Source: the human T2T-CHM13v2.0 reference genome, Homo sapiens. Taken from it: a DNA stretch of 64,000 bases. Below are positions 39,555 through 64,000 of this stretch, one piece after another (position 1 is the first letter of the stretch; the number at the start of each line of letters is the position of its first letter). A program made the position numbers and the translations under genes. The stretch lies in the NCBI RefSeq assembly GCF_009914755.1, contig NC_060936.1; one strand, written 5' to 3'. The notes beneath the pieces were generated by a model that saw nothing but the letters and a program-made list of their open reading frames with translations, made no database searches and was not told the DNA's origin.

Positions 39555-39680
39555 ATGTCATTAAATGGATCTGCGCCAGTGACAATTATACGTCTTCCTG
39601 GAGAGCAAGTACAGATTCAGGGGGTCATCCAGACAGCCCAGTCTTCTGTAATTCACCCACCACATGTGCAAATGATACAG
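39555..39680 (+). pseudogene. Vestigial ATF1 exon homologous to the CREB1/CREM Q1 exon
   Basis: 42 open codons MSLNGSAPVTIIRLPGEQVQIQGVIQTAQSSVIHPPHVQMIQ align with CREB1 ..SSAPTVTLVQLPNGQTVQVHGVIQAAQPSVIQSPQVQTVQ (recalled). Correct position (before the KID exon) and phase 0/0. Flanks are ttctattg| and |aaattt instead of AG/GT. Confidence 0.88.
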
Positions 39681-40667
39681 AAATTTGAAGACTTAGTGGT
39701 CGAGAGTTGGAACTTTTATACCCTGAGTCTTCAGATACATTTCAGTTGCTGTACCTATAATATTATAAACCAAGATAAAGTTGTCTTACAAATTAGACTG
39801 CAGACCAAATCAGGCAAATAGAAAAGTTTTAGAATTTCTAGTTTCATGTATATAATACCTAGTGAAAATAGAAGACAATTTTAGGGAAAGTTATTGCTTA
39901 TGATTTAAGGAAATGAGGGACTTTTTTTTTTTAAAGGGAAAGCACCCTTTTATCCCAGGTATTTTCTATATGCTTTATGGAGTTAGTACCTACCTACCAC
40001 ATGCTTTATGGAGGTCAAATAAAAGAGTTCTCTTGTAGTAGAGGAAAGTTCTTATTTGTATTTATCTACCTTCATATTAACACCTTACAAAAGTACGAAA
40101 GAAAGAGCCATCCTAGATTCCTTTTCTTTCTACTTTTCCCATTTTATAGTCCCAGAATACCTTTGGTCATCTCTCGTTTTTAGAAGCAGCTCTCCTAGAA
40201 GAAAAGCTATATTCCTCCTTTCTTCTCCTGATTATGGCAATGTTGTAAAAACTAGAGCTGCATCTTTATGTGGTACTCCCATGTGAAAGGAGGTGGCTGC
40301 ATGGATTTTTTTAGTGTTTATATGGAAATTTTAGTCTTATTTGCTGGTGCTGTTATTAAAGATAAATTTTTGATTTTAATTACAAGTAATTCCTTAGTTT
40401 TACAATTTATTTTCTTAAGTTCAGTGGAAGGCTTTGGAGTAAGCTTAGGAACAGACAGTGTAGTTAAAGAATTAGATTAGAAATGAAGTATTTTATGGCC
40501 AGGTGCGGTGGCTCATACCTGTAATCCCAGCACTTTGGGATGCTGAGGTGGGCGGATCACGAGGTCAGGAGTTCGAGACCAGCCTGGCCAACATGGTGAA
40601 ACCCCATCTCTACTAAAAAATACAAAAATGAGCAAGGCATGGTGGCAGGTGCCTGTAATTCCAGCTA

Positions 40668-40784
<117 letters not shown>

Positions 40785-41080
40785 TCAAAAAAAAAAAAAA
40801 AAATTTATGATGCTTGAGGAAAAGAAAAGTGACAGATTTTTCTTAAATAATTATTGGTTATTATTTCTTAATTATTATTGGGTTATGACTAATTCTTTTC
40901 TGTATAATGATATAGATTTAATATGAAATATAAATGAGTAGTTATATACTAGAACTCATTTTTGAAGGAAATAACATATAAAAGAAGCCTCTCTGGAAAT
41001 TTCATGTCTAAATAGTTTAGGGGAAGGCTTTCTATAGATAGTAACTAATGTGGAGAATTGATTTCTTATGTCCCTTCTAA

Positions 41081-41314
<234 letters not shown>

Positions 41315-41613
41315 TAGCCAGGATGTTCTCAATCTCCTGACCTCGTGATCCACCCACCTCGGCCTCCCAAAGTGCTGGGATTACAGGCGTGAGCCACCGC
41401 GCCTGGCCTGGGTTATTTTATTTTTAAAAATTAAGATGAAGTCGGCCAGGCACAGTGGCTCACACTTGCAATCCCAGCACTTTGGGAGGCTGAGGCAGGT
41501 GGATCATGAGGTCAGGAGTTTGAGACCAGCCTGACCAACATGGTGAAACCCCATCTCTACTAAAAATACAAAAATTAGCTGGGCGTGGTGGCACGTGGCT
41601 GTAATCCCAGCTA

Positions 41614-41737
<124 letters not shown>

Positions 41738-43067
41738 TCAGATGAAGTCGGATATCACAATCTAACTTTGGATAAATGTTGGAAAGTTTTAATACGCTTA
41801 AAAAATTGAGGCCAGACATGGTGACCCATACCTGTAATCCCAGCACTTTGGGAGGCCTGCTTGAGCCCAGGAGTTTGACACCAGCCAGGGTAACATAATG
41901 ATACCCTGTCAGAATAAAAAAAAATGAATTAGCTGGGCATGGTGGTGTGCACCTGTAATCCTAGCTACTCAGGAGGCTCAGGCTGGAAGATTGCTTGAGC
42001 CCAGGAAGGCGACGCTACAGTGAGCTGTCATTGCACCACTGCACTTCAGCCTGGGTGACAGAGTGAGACCCTGTCTCAAAAATAAAAAAATTAAAAATAT
42101 TTAAAAAAAAATTGAAAACAACTTGTTTTCTCAATTGTAAAATATTGCTATAACTTGCATATTATATTGATGTAGTTTATAAAAATTAACATTGTATGCA
42201 TGCCAAGTGTTGCATGTATTAACTTGTGAAATGAGATAAAATTGAATCATACAGATTTTAAAATGGCATATATTTATACCTGCCATTGCCAGTGACCTCC
42301 ACCTTGCTAAATCGAATGGTCTGTTCTCAGTCTTTATTTTATCTCAGCTTGTAAACAGCATTGGACATGGTTGATCATTCTTTTCTCCTCAGTATGCTGT
42401 CTTCACTAGTTTTCCATGGACAGCTCAATCATTTGGTTCTCTTCTTTACTGGTGACTCCTTAGTCTCATTTGCTGGTTCCTCCTCTTCATCCAGTCTCTT
42501 AGTGTTCCTGAGGTTAGTCCTCAGTCCTCTTCTATTTACCCCTATGAGCTCATCCAGTCTCATGGCTTTAAGGACTCTAAAAAGCTAGACCTCCAAAATT
42601 TATGTATCTAGCCCAGACCTCTTCCCAGACCTACAGGCTTGTATATTTAATATTCGTCTCAATGTCAGCAGTTGAATATATAACAGGTTTTTCAAACTTA
42701 GCATGTCAGGTAGATTAGTAATAAAACAACACTTTTAAGTAATGTGCATCAGTGTAGAAATAGGGTGGAGAATGACATCAGAGCCTGGTCTTTTTAACTC
42801 TGGTAAAATAGTACTGCTTCATTTGGGGGACAGACTTTATTCTCAGCTCTGGGCCTGCTATATTTGATATTCCTTTAATAGGTTGGGCTCCTGGAATAAA
42901 CTTTCTCATTTTTCCTTTTCCTTTTGTTCCTTTCTTTTAGACTTTAGATTTAATGTACAAATGAATTGGAGTGGCAGGAGACAGATCATTTTTTTCTAAA
43001 AGTAAAAATTCAGTTGTTTCTTTTCCCACCTGCATTGTTCATCATGTTAATGCCAGTTCTTTTTTAG

Positions 43068-43168
43068 GTATCATCTTTATCAGAAAGTGAGGAGTCCCAG
43101 GACTCATCCGACAGCATAGGCTCCTCACAGAAAGCCCACGGGATCCTAGCACGGCGCCCATCTTACAG
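43068..43168 (+). CDS. ATF1: ATF1 exon 3 (kinase-inducible domain, RRPS63 PKA site)
   Basis: tttttag| VSSLSESEESQDSSDSIGSSQKAHGILARRPSY(R) |gtgagt; 101 nt. Confidence 0.98.
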
Positions 43169-43513
43169 GTGAGTACTCTCTTGTATGAAGCCCTGCATGT
43201 TATGATAGTACCAAATGAGTTCAAGAGGTGCTGTGCAAAGTACACTAAAGAAGTTAGCACGCGTCAGTGTTAAGAATGAAATTGGTTGGCCCTCGCCTAT
43301 AATCCCAACCCTTTCGGAGGCCGAGGTAGGATTGCTTGAGCCCAGGAGTTCAAGACCAGCCTGGGCAACATGGCAAGACCCTGTCTCTTCAAAAAATACA
43401 AACCTTAGCTGGACATAGTGGCGCACGCCTGTAGTCCCATCTACTTAGAGGCTAAGGCGGGAAGATGGCTTGAGCCCAGGAGTTTGAAGTTACAATGATC
43501 TGTGATTGTGTCA

Positions 43514-52432
<8,919 letters not shown>

Positions 52433-52552
52433 AAGGCTAGGCACGGTGGCTCATGCCTGTAATCCCAGCACTGTGGGAGGCCGAGGTGGCCAGATTGCTT
52501 GAGCCCAAGAGTTTGAGACCAGCCTGGGCAACATAGGGATACCTTGTCACTA

Positions 52553-52681
<129 letters not shown>

Positions 52682-53503
52682 TTACTCCAGCCTAGGTGAC
52701 AGAGTGAGACCCTGTCTGTCTCAAAAAAAAAAAAAAAAAAAAACCTTTTGTGATTCTTAACCCATTGTGACCAAATGGTTCTTAGGTAGGGAATGTCTAT
52801 GTAGTAAGTCTCCTTATTAATATTTTCAAGCATGAATAATTAGTTCTTTCCAGTGTGGTTCTTACAGACATTTGCAGGGTTACCATGTTTTCCTTCCTTA
52901 TGAACACTCCCATCTTTACACTGAATTTGGAGTTTTCAGGTCTTGCTCTTAAGTCAGATATCAAAAGAAAGACTGAGAAGCAGACTTGGTGGCCAATTAT
53001 TTGCATTACAGTGTTGAGAAAAAAAATAAAGCCAGGCACAGTGGCTCACATCTGTAATCCCAGCACTTTGGGAGGCCCAGGTGGGCAGATCACCTGAGGT
53101 CGGGAGTTCAACACCAGCCTGGCCAACATGGTGAAACCCCGTCTCCACTAACAATACAAAAATTAGCCGGGTGTGGTGGCGCACGCCTGTAATCCCAGCT
53201 ACTCAGGAGGCTGAGGCAGGAGAATTGCTCGAACCTGGGAGGCAGAGGTTGCATTGAGCCGAGATTGCACCACTGACTCCAGCTTGGGCAACAAAAGCGA
53301 AACTGTCTCAAAGAAAAAAAAAAAAAAGAAAAAAATAATTGCTAGTAGATGTTTTTTCCTAAATCATTTAGCATTTACCAACTGTCCAGACCAAAGGTCA
53401 TTTTCAGCTAGGAAAGTTCTGATTTCAACCTCTCCATTGGCCCATACGCAGCACAACTTATCCTGTTCCCAAGTACTCATTGAAGAACTTGTTTACTTGG
53501 CTG

Positions 53504-53722
53504 TCATTGACACCAGATGGGCTTGTAGACACAAAATGCCATAAGGATGACAGTTATCAGCAGGATGCTGACAATGGTTCCCATCAACACCAGGTTCTGC
53601 CTGCACAGCACCACACAGGGCGGGCTTTGCTCCAGCAGATCCATGGGGCTCAGGGCCTCTGCCTGCCCCACCAGGAGGCTGCACAGGCCAAGGCACAGCC
53701 ACGGCAACGCCAGATGCAGCAT
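53504..53722 (-). pseudogene. C12orf76: Retrocopy of C12orf76 (short signal peptide + TM isoform) with intact 72-aa ORF; putative 3' UTR extends to lower coordinates
   Basis: MLHLALPWLCLGLCSLLVGQAEALSPMDLLEQSPPCVVLCRQNLVLMGTIVSILLITVILMAFCVYKPIWCQ* is colinear with recalled C12orf76 MLRPALPWL.LGLCSLLVGEAEAPSPVDPLERSRPYAVLRGQNLVLMGTIFSILLVTVILMAFCVYKPIRRR; intronless. Confidence 0.85.
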
Positions 53723-54887
53723 CTTCCCCTGTACTTTTCTTTATACTCAAAGTGTTTCATAATTTAAAATGGAAAAATAAATGGGTGCAGCATTCCACAG
53801 TCTCATGATAGACTGGCTGTAGGACCATGCAGGCATTGGACAGAGGTGTACTTGTGAAAAAAAAAAAAAGACCATGCAGGCAGTTTGTTAAATGGATCTG
53901 GAGCTCTACTCTAGACCTACTTACTCAATGATTATGGCCACCAGATGGGAATCTAGATTCAACAAACCTCTCCAGAATGATTCTGTTACATAGGCAGGTT
54001 TAGGAAGCACTCTGACTATTCTACAGAAATGCCTAAAACAGAGTCCTATAGGACTGACACCTCCATTGTGCTTCCTGTGGAACTTCTCTTAATATAGTCT
54101 ACAGTTGTATTAGCTCTTGGTGGGACGACAGTCCACAGAAAGGAGACAAACTGGAGAAGGATCTTCAACATGTTATAGAAGAACACGTGAAAAAACTGAA
54201 AGTATTTGGCCTAGAATAAGGAAGACATGTAGCAATTATCAAATATCGCAAAGTAGGGCATGGATATAGAATTGGGATTAGGCTTAAATTTCTTGCTGTG
54301 ACTCATGCCTGTAGTCCCAACACTTAAGGAGGCCTAGGTGGGAGAATCACTTGAGCCCAGGAGTTCAAGAACAGCCTGGGCAACATAGGCCCCATCTCTA
54401 CTAAAAAAATAAAAAATTAGCCAGGTATGATGGCGTGTACCTATATTCCCAGCTGCTTGGGAGGCTGAGGCAGGAGGATCGCTTGAGCCTGAGAAGTCAC
54501 GGTGGGGTGAGCCATGATCATGCCACTGTACTCCAGCCTGGGCAACAGAGTGAGGCTCTGTCTCAAAAGAAAAGAAAAAAATAATAAATAAATTTCTTTA
54601 GTTTCACTGGATGGAACCAGTTTTGGACCCAAAGAAGGAAAGGCTCTAACTATTCAATAATAGAATGGTTTACTTTTTGGAAATAGTGGGTGCCTTTTTC
54701 CTGGAAGTAGAGGTTTTCAGGAATGTTAGAGAATTTCTCCATGGGCTGGGAAGTTGGCATAGATAAAATAAAATAGCCATTTTCATTCTAAGGGCTTTCT
54801 TTTTCCTTTGTGGATTCTTTTTTGTTGTTGTTTTCACGTAAGTATTTCAGTTTTCTCATTTTTCTACAGTGAACATAGAATTCTTAA

Positions 54888-55187
<300 letters not shown>

Positions 55188-55394
55188 TGAACTCCGGACC
55201 TCAGGTGATCCGCCTGCCTTGGCCTCCCACAGTGCTGGGATTATAGGCGTCAGCCACTGTGCCCATCCCCAATTGTCTTGAAAGACCTTTCTTTTCAGCA
55301 AGGAATACTTTTTCCATCCCTTATTCCTGTCATTAGTGCCATTTCACCAAGTCTGAGGGATACCCATGGGATCATATTTACCTCTTTTTGTTAA

Positions 55395-55715
<321 letters not shown>

Positions 55716-55892
55716 TGACCTCAAGTCATTCGCCCACCTCAGCCTCCCAAAGTGTTGGGATTACAGATGGGAGCCACATGCCCAGCCCTCTTTACTCTTT
55801 AAACTAATATGTAATCAGCCTGGAGCACATCATTATAATAATATATGCTAAATAAAAGCATTCTTTGGTGTAATAGTTTAAGTGTCTGGTAG

Positions 55893-56177
<285 letters not shown>

Positions 56178-56613
56178 TGAGCCACCATGACTGGCCCGAT
56201 TATTATAACTTTTACCTGAGATTGAAAAAGTTTTAGGAATTTCTTTTTGTGGCCGGGCATGGTGGCACATGCCTGTAATCCCAGCACTTTGGGAAGAGGA
56301 GATGAGTGGATCACTTGAAGCCAGGAGATCAAGACCAGCCTGGCCAACATGGTGAAACCCCGTGTCTACTGAAAATACAAAAATTAGCTGGGTGTGGTGG
56401 CTCACACTTCTGGTCTCAGCTACTTGGGAGGCTGGGGCACAAGACTCTCTTAAGCCAGGGAAGCAGAGGTTGCAGTGAGCCATGATGGCGCCACTGTACT
56501 CCAGCCTGGGTGACAAAGCAAGATCTTGTCTCAAAAAAAAAAAAAAAAAAAAAATTATTTTTGTGAAGTCATTCACATTACCAATGTTTAATAGAGTTCT
56601 GGTTTTTTTACAG

Positions 56614-56747
56614 AAAAATTTTGAAAGACTTATCTTCTGAAGATACACGGGGCAGAAAAGGAGACGGAGAAAATTCTGGAGTTTCTGCTGCTGTCACTTC
56701 TATGTCTGTTCCAACTCCCATCTATCAGACTAGCAGCGGACAGTATA
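56614..56747 (+). CDS. ATF1: ATF1 exon 4 (end of KID, linker)
   Basis: ttttttacag| (R)KILKDLSSEDTRGRKGDGENSGVSAAVTSMSVPTPIYQTSSGQY(I) |gtacgt; 134 nt; phases match exons 3 and 5. Confidence 0.97.
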
Positions 56748-57010
56748 GTACGTATAGGAATCAGTTTCCACATTATAAACACACAAAACCTGACTTTTCT
56801 GTAGAAAGAAATGGTGTTAGGAAAACTGTAATACTTTGATAGTGATGATTATTAAAGGATGTTTTCAGCCAGGAATAATGCGAAGTACTGTTTCAGCATT
56901 ATTTACTCCTTATAACAACTTTGTGACATAGGCAATTATCAATGTATGAGGGAACTGAGACCTACAACATTAGATACTGTTTTGTTTTGTTTTGTTTTGT
57001 TTTGTTTTGA

Positions 57011-57217
<207 letters not shown>

Positions 57218-57355
57218 TGACCTCAGGTGATCCGTCCACCTTGGCCTCCCAAAGTGCTGGGATTATAGACATGAGCCACTGCGCCTGGCCTTATTTTGTT
57301 CATTCTTATATCTATGTAGTTCCGTACATAATTGCTGTATATTATATTAGTATAA

Positions 57356-57610
<255 letters not shown>

Positions 57611-57879
57611 TGAAGTGATTCACCCACCTTGGCCTCCCAAAGTGCTGGGATTACAGGCGTGAGCCACCACGCCTGGCCCCTGCCTATTCGTTAAAAATAT
57701 TTATTGTTTGATTTATATACAGTAAAATTCACTCTTTGGGGAGTTTAAGTCTATGAGTTTTGACAAATGTGTAGAATAGTATAACACCGCCAATCAAGAT
57801 TGAGTTCTGTCACCCTAACGAATTTACTTGTGCTGCCCATTTGTTATCTCCCCCTCCACTCCTAACATTAATCTGTTTC

Positions 57880-58625
57880 ATTCAGTCTTGCCACAAAATA
57901 TATGTCCCATCTGACCACCTCTTGCCGTCTCCAACCACCACCGCCTTGGTTTAGGCTCTCATCTTAATTACTGAAGTAGGCATCCAGTTGGTCATCTTGC
58001 TTCCATTCTTGCTCTAATAATCAGTTTTCCATACTGTGGCCAAAGTGATTTATTTAAGATGTCAACTAGATCACATCGCTCCTGCCCAAAATCCTCTAGT
58101 GACATTTTATCACACTTAGAATAAAATCCGGATCTTACAAGGCATTACATTTAGGATCTGCCTACCACTCTGACCTCATCTCCTGCCACTTGGTGGCATT
58201 CTGACCACCCCAGACTTCCTTACTGTACCTCAGACACACGAGCTTGTTTCTGCCTCAGGATCTCTGGAGTTGTCATTGCTCATGCCTGGCATGTTCTTCC
58301 CCCAGATCCTTACGTGGCTACTCTGCTTAAGTGTCACCTCCACAAAGAGACCACTCTCTTCAAATATGTGGCTCCTCCCTTTAGTTTCCCTTAACCTCCT
58401 ATATTTTTCTTTATAGCATTTACATATAACTAAGTCAGTACATATTAGTTTAATTATAGATTGTATGTATGTAATTATAGATTAGCTTATTCATGATCTG
58501 TTTTCCCCACTAGAATATAAGATCCTTAAGGGAAAGAACCTTTTGTTTCATTCACAACTACATCCTTGACATATAGGACCTGGCATATAGTAGGCTTTCA
58601 GTTGTTTGTTATGAATTAATTAAAT
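57880..58625 (-). mobile_element. L2 3' region
   Basis: Typical L2 text (cttagaataaaatcc; ccccactagaatataagatcctt; cctggcatatagtagg). Confidence 0.7.
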
Positions 58626-59084
58626 AATATATATATAGAATACCTCTTGAGAAACTGGGGGCCAGGCACTGTAGTTCATGCCCGTAATCTCAGTACGTTG
58701 AGAGGCTGAGGCTGGAGGATTGCTTGAAGCCACATTCAGGACCAGCCTTGGCAACATAGCAAGACTGTGTCTTCACAGAAAAATGAAGAAAAAAAAAAAA
58801 AAAAAAAGCCGGGCATCATGGCATGTGACTAGTCCCATCTACTCGGGAGGCTGAAATGGGATCTCTTGAGTCTGGGAGTTCGAAGTTACCGTGAACCGTG
58901 ATCGTACCACCGCACTCCAGCCTGGGCAATAGAGCAAGACCAGTCTCAGAAAAAGAAGAAAGAAAGAAAGAAACTGGGAGCAGTGGTTGCAAGGAAAGAA
59001 GCTTGGGAGCAGAGATCAGAGGTAGTGGGGAGGTTCACATGTTATCACTGAAATAAGTGTAGTACAAACTAGTATTTAGGGCAA

Positions 59085-59280
59085 CATAGGCCAATAGAAC
59101 TTCGTATGATAATGGGAATGTTTATATCTGCATTGTCTCAGAATAGTAGCCACTAAACCATGTGTGACTGTTGAGTGCTTGAAATATGGCTGGTGGGACT
59201 GAGAAACTGAAATTTTAATTTTGTTTAATTTTAGTTAATTTAAATAGCCACATGGAGCTAATACCCTATCAGACAGCTCA
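59085..59280. mobile_element. MER3 (hAT-Charlie)
   Basis: ccaatagaact...tagtagccacta...aatttaaatagccacatg. Confidence 0.7.
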
Positions 59281-59416
59281 GTTTTAGAATAAATACAGCA
59301 CATTAACAGGTAAATACAATGTTAAGAACAGGAAGATATGTTGCAAAAATGAAAATATGTATTCACACATATTTAATATCAAAACATTTGCATCTACAGG
59401 TATGTATTTTGATATA

Positions 59417-59469
59417 TTAGGTTGGTGTAAAAGAAATTGCAGTTTTCACCACTGAACATAATGGCAAAA
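59417..59469. mobile_element. MADE1 (mariner MITE), partial
   Basis: ttaggttggtgtaaaagaaattgcagtttt matches the Hsmar1/MADE1 TIR; right arm truncated. Confidence 0.7.
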
Positions 59470-60751
59470 GTATATAAGTCTGTATAAGCACAGGAAAATA
59501 ATGGGAAGGATGTGCACCAAAAACAATAATTATCTCAGGATGGCGGTAAAAGGGGGAAAATGAAATAGAGATAGATAATGGGACCTTTAATTTTATTTAT
59601 GTTGATACTTATATAAATAAATGTGTATGTGTATATATGTATATAATAATGTGTTGCAGGGAAGAAGATTGAAACTAATTGCTAATATAACTTCACAGCA
59701 AATCTCAGCCTGGCGTGTTGGATCACGCCTGTAATCCCTGCACTTTGGGAGGCCAAAGTGGGAGGATCACTTGATTTCAAGACCAGACTGGGCAATATAG
59801 GGAGACCCTATCTCTATAAAAAATTTAAAAATTAGCTGAGCATGTCCGTGTGCATCTATAGTTCCAGCTACTTGGGAGGCTGAGGTAGGAGGATTGCTTG
59901 AGCCCAGGAGGTAGAGTGCAGTGGTGAACCAGGACCACACCACTGCACTCCAGCCTGGGTGACAAGTGAGACCCTGTCTCAAAAAAAATAGCCAACATAT
60001 CCCTGTATCTAACATTTAAAAAAATATTTTGAAACTCATAAATTAAAGTTGGGGCAGTTGGGGAGGGATAATTATGAATGCGTGAAAAAAAATATTTTTC
60101 CATCACACACATATACATATACATGTATTTTGGCTTCCTGGTAGCCAAAGCATAAAAGGAAAAAAAAATGTTTCATAACTGTAATCTGAAAAGAGGGTAC
60201 AGAGATGAGGCATTCGATTCTGAAGAGTATATGGGAATTGAATAATGCTAAAATGTTTTCTATTTGATCATGCCTTATGGGCATTTAAGGGCTGAGGAGA
60301 AAGCATGAACACAGGTATAATTCAGTGAAAAAATGTTTGTGGGGAGCTAAGTAGTATTTTCTACACAGTGGCTTTCTGCTATCTTTATTAGTGATTTTCA
60401 CTAGGAAGTAAATGAATAGATTACATTTCTTAACTATCACTTAAGTAAATATCTTAATAACATGTAATACATTTAACAGTGGTACCACTAGAAAATGAAG
60501 CTAAGAAACCATATAAAGATGACTTATTTTCTCATTATATAACCTTTTATTCTATTGAATTTTTTCCATAAGCATGTTATCTATTCAGAAATATTTTAAA
60601 GTAATAATATTTTTAATGCTTTTGACTCAAAATTACAAACTATGTTTATGTTTCCTTTTTATTTTTTCTTAAAAATTAACTATCATGGGGCCAAGTGCAG
60701 TGGCTCATGCCTGTAATCCCAGCACTTTGGGAGGCTGAGGCGGGTGAATCA

Positions 60752-61063
<312 letters not shown>

Positions 61064-61165
61064 TCATACCTGTTTTAGTAAATAGTGTTTGTGGGCTTTT
61101 TGCCACTCCTTTGAATTAGTGTATTATATAACCTTACAATAGCTATTTTCTCTTTTTGATTAAAG

Positions 61166-61348
61166 TTGCCATTGCCCCAAATGGAGCCTTACAGTTGGCA
61201 AGTCCAGGCACAGATGGAGTACAGGGACTTCAGACATTAACCATGACAAATTCAGGCAGTACTCAGCAAGGTACAACTATTCTTCAGTATGCACAGACCT
61301 CTGATGGACAGCAGATACTTGTGCCCAGCAATCAGGTGGTCGTACAAA
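61166..61348 (+). CDS. ATF1: ATF1 exon 5 (Q2 glutamine-rich domain)
   Basis: taaag| (I)AIAPNGALQLASPGTDGVQGLQTLTMTNSGSTQQGTTILQYAQTSDGQQILVPSNQVVVQ(T) |gtaagt; 183 nt. Confidence 0.98.
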
Positions 61349-61435
61349 GTAAGTATGCTTTCTGTCTACAGAAAGTCTCCTAACACTGTCAGAGACACTT
61401 ACTAACTAACTCATTCACTCTTGTTTACCATCTAG

Positions 61436-61595
61436 CTGCATCAGGAGATATGCAAACATATCAGATCCGAACTACACCTTCAGCTACTTCTCTGCCACAA
61501 ACTGTGGTGATGACATCTCCTGTGACTCTCACCTCTCAGACAACTAAGACAGATGACCCCCAATTGAAAAGAGAAATAAGGTTAATGAAAAACAG
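61436..61595 (+). CDS. ATF1: ATF1 exon 6 (to start of bZIP basic region); the CDS continues beyond the window
   Basis: catctag| (T)ASGDMQTYQIRTTPSATSLPQTVVMTSPVTLTSQTTKTDDPQLKREIRLMKN(R) |gtaggt; 160 nt. Confidence 0.98.
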
Positions 61596-61677
61596 GTAGG
61601 TAGTAAAATCGTAGTACCAGAATGGGTAATGTTTTTACAAATCTCACAACATAACCAGATGTTAACTGGAACTGTAT

Positions 61678-62530
<853 letters not shown>

Positions 62531-62552
62531 AAGTTATATTTGGTTTTTGTGA

Positions 62553-62756
<204 letters not shown>

Positions 62757-62867
62757 TAGGCTGGTCTCAGACCTGGGCTCAAGTGATCCATCCACCTGCC
62801 TCAGCCTCCCAAAGTGCTGGGATTACAGGCATGAACCACTGCACCCAGCCCCCAAAAATTTAAAATT

Positions 62868-63904
<1,037 letters not shown>

Positions 63905-64000
63905 TTAGCTAGATGTGGTAGAGGCAGGAGAATCACTTGAACCTGGAGGCAGAGGTTGCAGTGAGCCATGATCACGCCATTGTACTTCAGCCTGGGCAAC

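Noticed and set aside
39501-39821. 106-aa ORF as a standalone gene
   Set aside because: Only the central 42 codons are CREB-like; the flanks are intron-like sequence and no promoter is evident.
53480-53767. Gln/His-rich plus-strand ORF as another Q-domain exon
   Set aside because: It is the antisense shadow of the C12orf76 retrocopy and has no CREB similarity.

Overview
Primate (very likely human, chr12q13) genomic DNA, extremely Alu-rich, containing most of the ATF1 gene (CREB/ATF bZIP family) on the + strand: CpG-island promoter and non-coding exon 1 (donor at 11468), then coding exons 2-6 (27301-27399, 43068-43168, 56614-56747, 61166-61348, 61436-61595); the last bZIP exon lies beyond the window. 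Family assignments come from recalled sequences, not database searches. The most notable observations are: (1) an in-frame, stop-free 126-nt fossil exon in intron 2 (39555-39680) encoding a CREB1/CREM-like Q1 glutamine-rich activation segment that human ATF1 lacks, with both splice dinucleotides missing; (2) an antisense C12orf76 retrocopy in intron 3 with an intact 72-aa signal-peptide + TM ORF; (3) a two-LTR MER41A-type provirus in sense orientation in intron 1 with splice donors that could feed ATF1 exon 2; (4) a 116-bp inverted local copy of an old Alu arm (115/116 identical); (5) a 21-nt + polyA micro-retroinsertion with target-site duplication; (6) an Alu-split MICOS10 processed pseudogene upstream. 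Nearly all ORFs in the supplied track are Alu or L1 translation artefacts.
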